Source: Phyllobates terribilis (lineage: Eukaryota). From it: a stretch of 64,000 nucleotides of DNA. Location of the stretch: assembly GCF_046119375.1 (NCBI RefSeq), contig NW_027362772.1:72292001-72356000 (forward strand). Reading direction: 5' to 3'. Every line of letters begins with the position of its first letter. The stretch's first letter is position 1. The notes below the pieces were generated by a model. It had not been told where the DNA came from and made no database searches. It saw nothing but the letters and a program-made list of their open reading frames with translations. This document shows, piece by piece, positions 61,575-64,000 of the stretch. A program made the position numbers and the translations under genes.

Positions 61575-62808
61575 TTTATTTTATTTAACGGCCTTCAGCT
61601 CGATCTAAAGCCATGGCGACTTGATGGATGAATTCTCTGTAGGAAGATCGATCTTGTGCAAGCCTAAATAGGTCCACAAGGGTTTTTTCTGCAATTATCT
61701 TGATTGTATCACGTCATCGAGTTGCTGGTCTTCCTCTTCGCCTTCTTCCTTCTATTCTTCTGACCATGATGTCCTTCTTCAGTGTTTTTTCTCTTCGTAT
61801 GATGTGTCCAAAATAGGCAAGTCGTAGTTTGGTGATCCTTGCTTCGGATGATATGTCTGACTTTATTTGTTCTAATATTGATTTGTTTGTTCTTCTCGCC
61901 ATCCATGGTCTTGATAACATCCTTCTCCAGCACCACATTTCAAAGGCGTAGATTCTTCTTCTGTCTTGTCTCTTTATCGTCCAGGTTTCATATCCATATG
62001 TTACTACAGAAAAGACCAGACTATGTACGAGCCGTGTCTTCGTCACCAGTGAAATGTCACCTTGTGTAGTGACTTCATTGTTGATTTGCCCATAGCTATT
62101 CTCCTATTGACTTCTGGTGTCATCACTGCATCTCGAGTGATCATTGATCCGAGTAGGTTGAAGTTCTTTACAATTTCCAGATCGTCGTCGTCCATCTCAA
62201 ATGAGTCCCAGTCGTACCCGGCAGTAGTCAATATCTTTGTCTTCTTTGTGTTGAGTAACAGTCCCATGTTCGAGCTTTCCATCTTGACTCTCCGTAATAA
62301 CTCCTTCATTCCATCTACGCTTGTTGCTATCAATGTTGTATCGTCTGTGTATTTGATTCCTTCTTCTTTTTCGGAAAGTCTGGCCTTCCTGAAAATAGCT
62401 TCTGTATATAAGCTGAAGGGAAAAGATGACAGGATGCAGCCTTGTCTGACGTCTCGCTCTACTTTGAACCATGTTTTGTCACCATGTTCCATTCGAACTG
62501 TTGCTTCTTGGTTGATGTAAAGGTTCCTAATGAGGCTGATCAGACGGTTCAGCACAAGTTTATCCTTCATGGTACGCCAAAGTGTCTGTTAACACAGTCG
62601 AAGGCTTTGCTGTAGTCGGTGAAGCAAAAATAGATCTCCTTGTTGTATTCTTTGGTCTTTTCCATTGTCCATCTAATGTTAGCACTCACATCTCTTGTTC
62701 CTCTGTCTTTTCTGAATCTTGCTTGTTCCTCTGGCAGCTCTTTGTCAAAGTAAAACTGTAGCTGTCTTTGTAGGATCTTCAGTAGTATTTTGCTGGCATG
62801 AGGTATGA
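61575..62808 (-). mobile_element. RTE-clade LINE, 5'-truncated and disrupted
   Basis: LIPHASKILLKIL, DYSKAFDCV, VRQGCILS, YTDDTTL, YGYETWT...FEMWCWRRML, IEGRRRRGRP. True stop at 61585-87 followed directly by a TAAAA-type tail. Internal TGA at 61714. Confidence 0.9.
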
Positions 62809-63284
62809 GCTCAATATGACATTCCAGATCAATATAATTTATTGTTAAGGGTCCCCATACACATTAGCCTAACATCAGCTGAATCTGCGGATTATCGGCC
62901 CACATACACACATTCGTTTATGAAATAGTTTACTCCATTATCCATCTAACATGCAAGGGGGCCTTCCAACTCTACTCAGACAGATGATATCTGATTTTGG
63001 ACTGCCGATCGCTTTTGTTTTAATCTAGATAAGCCTCCTACAACTGAAAAGCTCCTACATACACTTGTATGCAGTTTATAAAGGAACTTGACATAGAGGT
63101 TGTTACAAACAACTTGGAGAACTGACCACAGATCTTCTGATTTGCTTGAGCAAATCCTTCCATATTTTTCATGAAATCCCAGACAGACACAATGATATCG
63201 AGATCAGGAATGGGTTGGGACCATATCATCACTTCCAGGACTCTTTATTCTTCTTTACACTTAAGCTAATTCATAATGACATTG

Positions 63285-64000
63285 GATAGATGTTTGGGGT
63301 CGTTGTCCTGCTGCAGAATTTAATTTGAAGTCAGTCAGACGCCTCCCTGATGGTATAGCAAGATTGATTAGTATCTGCCTGTATTTCTCAGCACTGATGA
63401 TACCAATAAATTGGCAACATTGAGGATCGTCAGCAAAGAAACTTAGTGCTGCAGATGAAAGACACATCTTGATTTCTTCACTTTTAAATCGGGAGATATG
63501 CAGCAGTGCCATCAGTTCAGAACTGGTAACAACCAATGGGACCAAGCTACACCCACCTACTGTTTAGAGAAATCTGGCCAGAAGTGGTCTTCATGGAAGA
63601 ATTGTGACCAAAAACAAAACCTTCATGGTGGAAACAAGACCAAGTGACTCAACTATGCATAAAAATATAGGAACTGGGGTGCAGAAAAATGGCATCAGAT
63701 GCTCTGGACTGGTGAGACAAAATGTGAGATATTTGGCTGTAACAGAAGGCAGTTTATTTTCTGAAGAGCGGCACAATATTGAGGGTCTGCGGGAGCAGTG
63801 GAGCATGGTGGAGGGTCCTTCAAGTTGGTGGCTGCTTTTCAGAAAATGGAGTTGGGGATTTGGTCAGGATTAATGCTGCCCTCAATGCTGGGAAATACAG
63901 GCAGAAAGTTATACATCATGTAATACCATTTGGAGGCATCTGATTGGCTCCAGATTTATTCTACAGCCGGACAATGACCCCAAACATCCAGCCAATGTCA
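63285..64000. mobile_element. Two decayed Tc1 transposase fragments in opposite orientation
   Basis: 63290-63410 on the minus strand and 63550-64000 on the plus strand both carry the QQDNDPKH-like segment (GACAATGACCCCAAACATC). Confidence 0.65.

Noticed and set aside
61575-62808. BovB snake-to-frog horizontal transfer
   Set aside because: It is RTE clade, but the C-terminus and tail do not match BovB as I recall it. This cannot be claimed without a phylogeny.

Overview
Vertebrate genomic DNA, almost certainly anuran (frog): Xenopus-like PRMT1 N-terminus, T2/Kolobok and Harbinger MITEs, V-SINE and frog-type DIRS. It is not prokaryotic, and there is no CRISPR, rRNA or tRNA gene. I reconstructed three spliced genes by hand with GT-AG junctions and consistent phases. 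POLR2L (+, 2 coding exons, 67 aa). PRMT1 (-, 10 constitutive exons giving 351 aa, plus a 54-nt cassette exon giving 369 aa). BCL2L12 (-, 6 coding exons, 448 aa), directly upstream of PRMT1 as in mammals. The rest is transposons and tandem arrays: a structurally complete but mutated 5.4-kb DIRS1 tyrosine-recombinase retrotransposon in a BCL2L12 intron, a nested Tc1/CR1/DD37E(TRT) stack, a Tc1 split by a Harbinger MITE, an RTE LINE, Penelope-type remnants with decayed hammerhead cores, and at least 9 minisatellites. Most long ORFs in the supplied track are repeat artefacts. I found no clearly new protein system. The best second-look items are: (1) DIRS terminal architecture, namely a 22-bp repeat around the promoter, a terminal splice donor aimed at a host exon, and a Dam-like domain; (2) a 300-bp intronic fold-back with a hammerhead-like centre; (3) hairpin arrays, including one filling most of the POLR2L intron; (4) a 39-bp array of CTCF-like motifs where mammals have IRF3. 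All coordinates were counted by hand; repeat boundaries are approximate.
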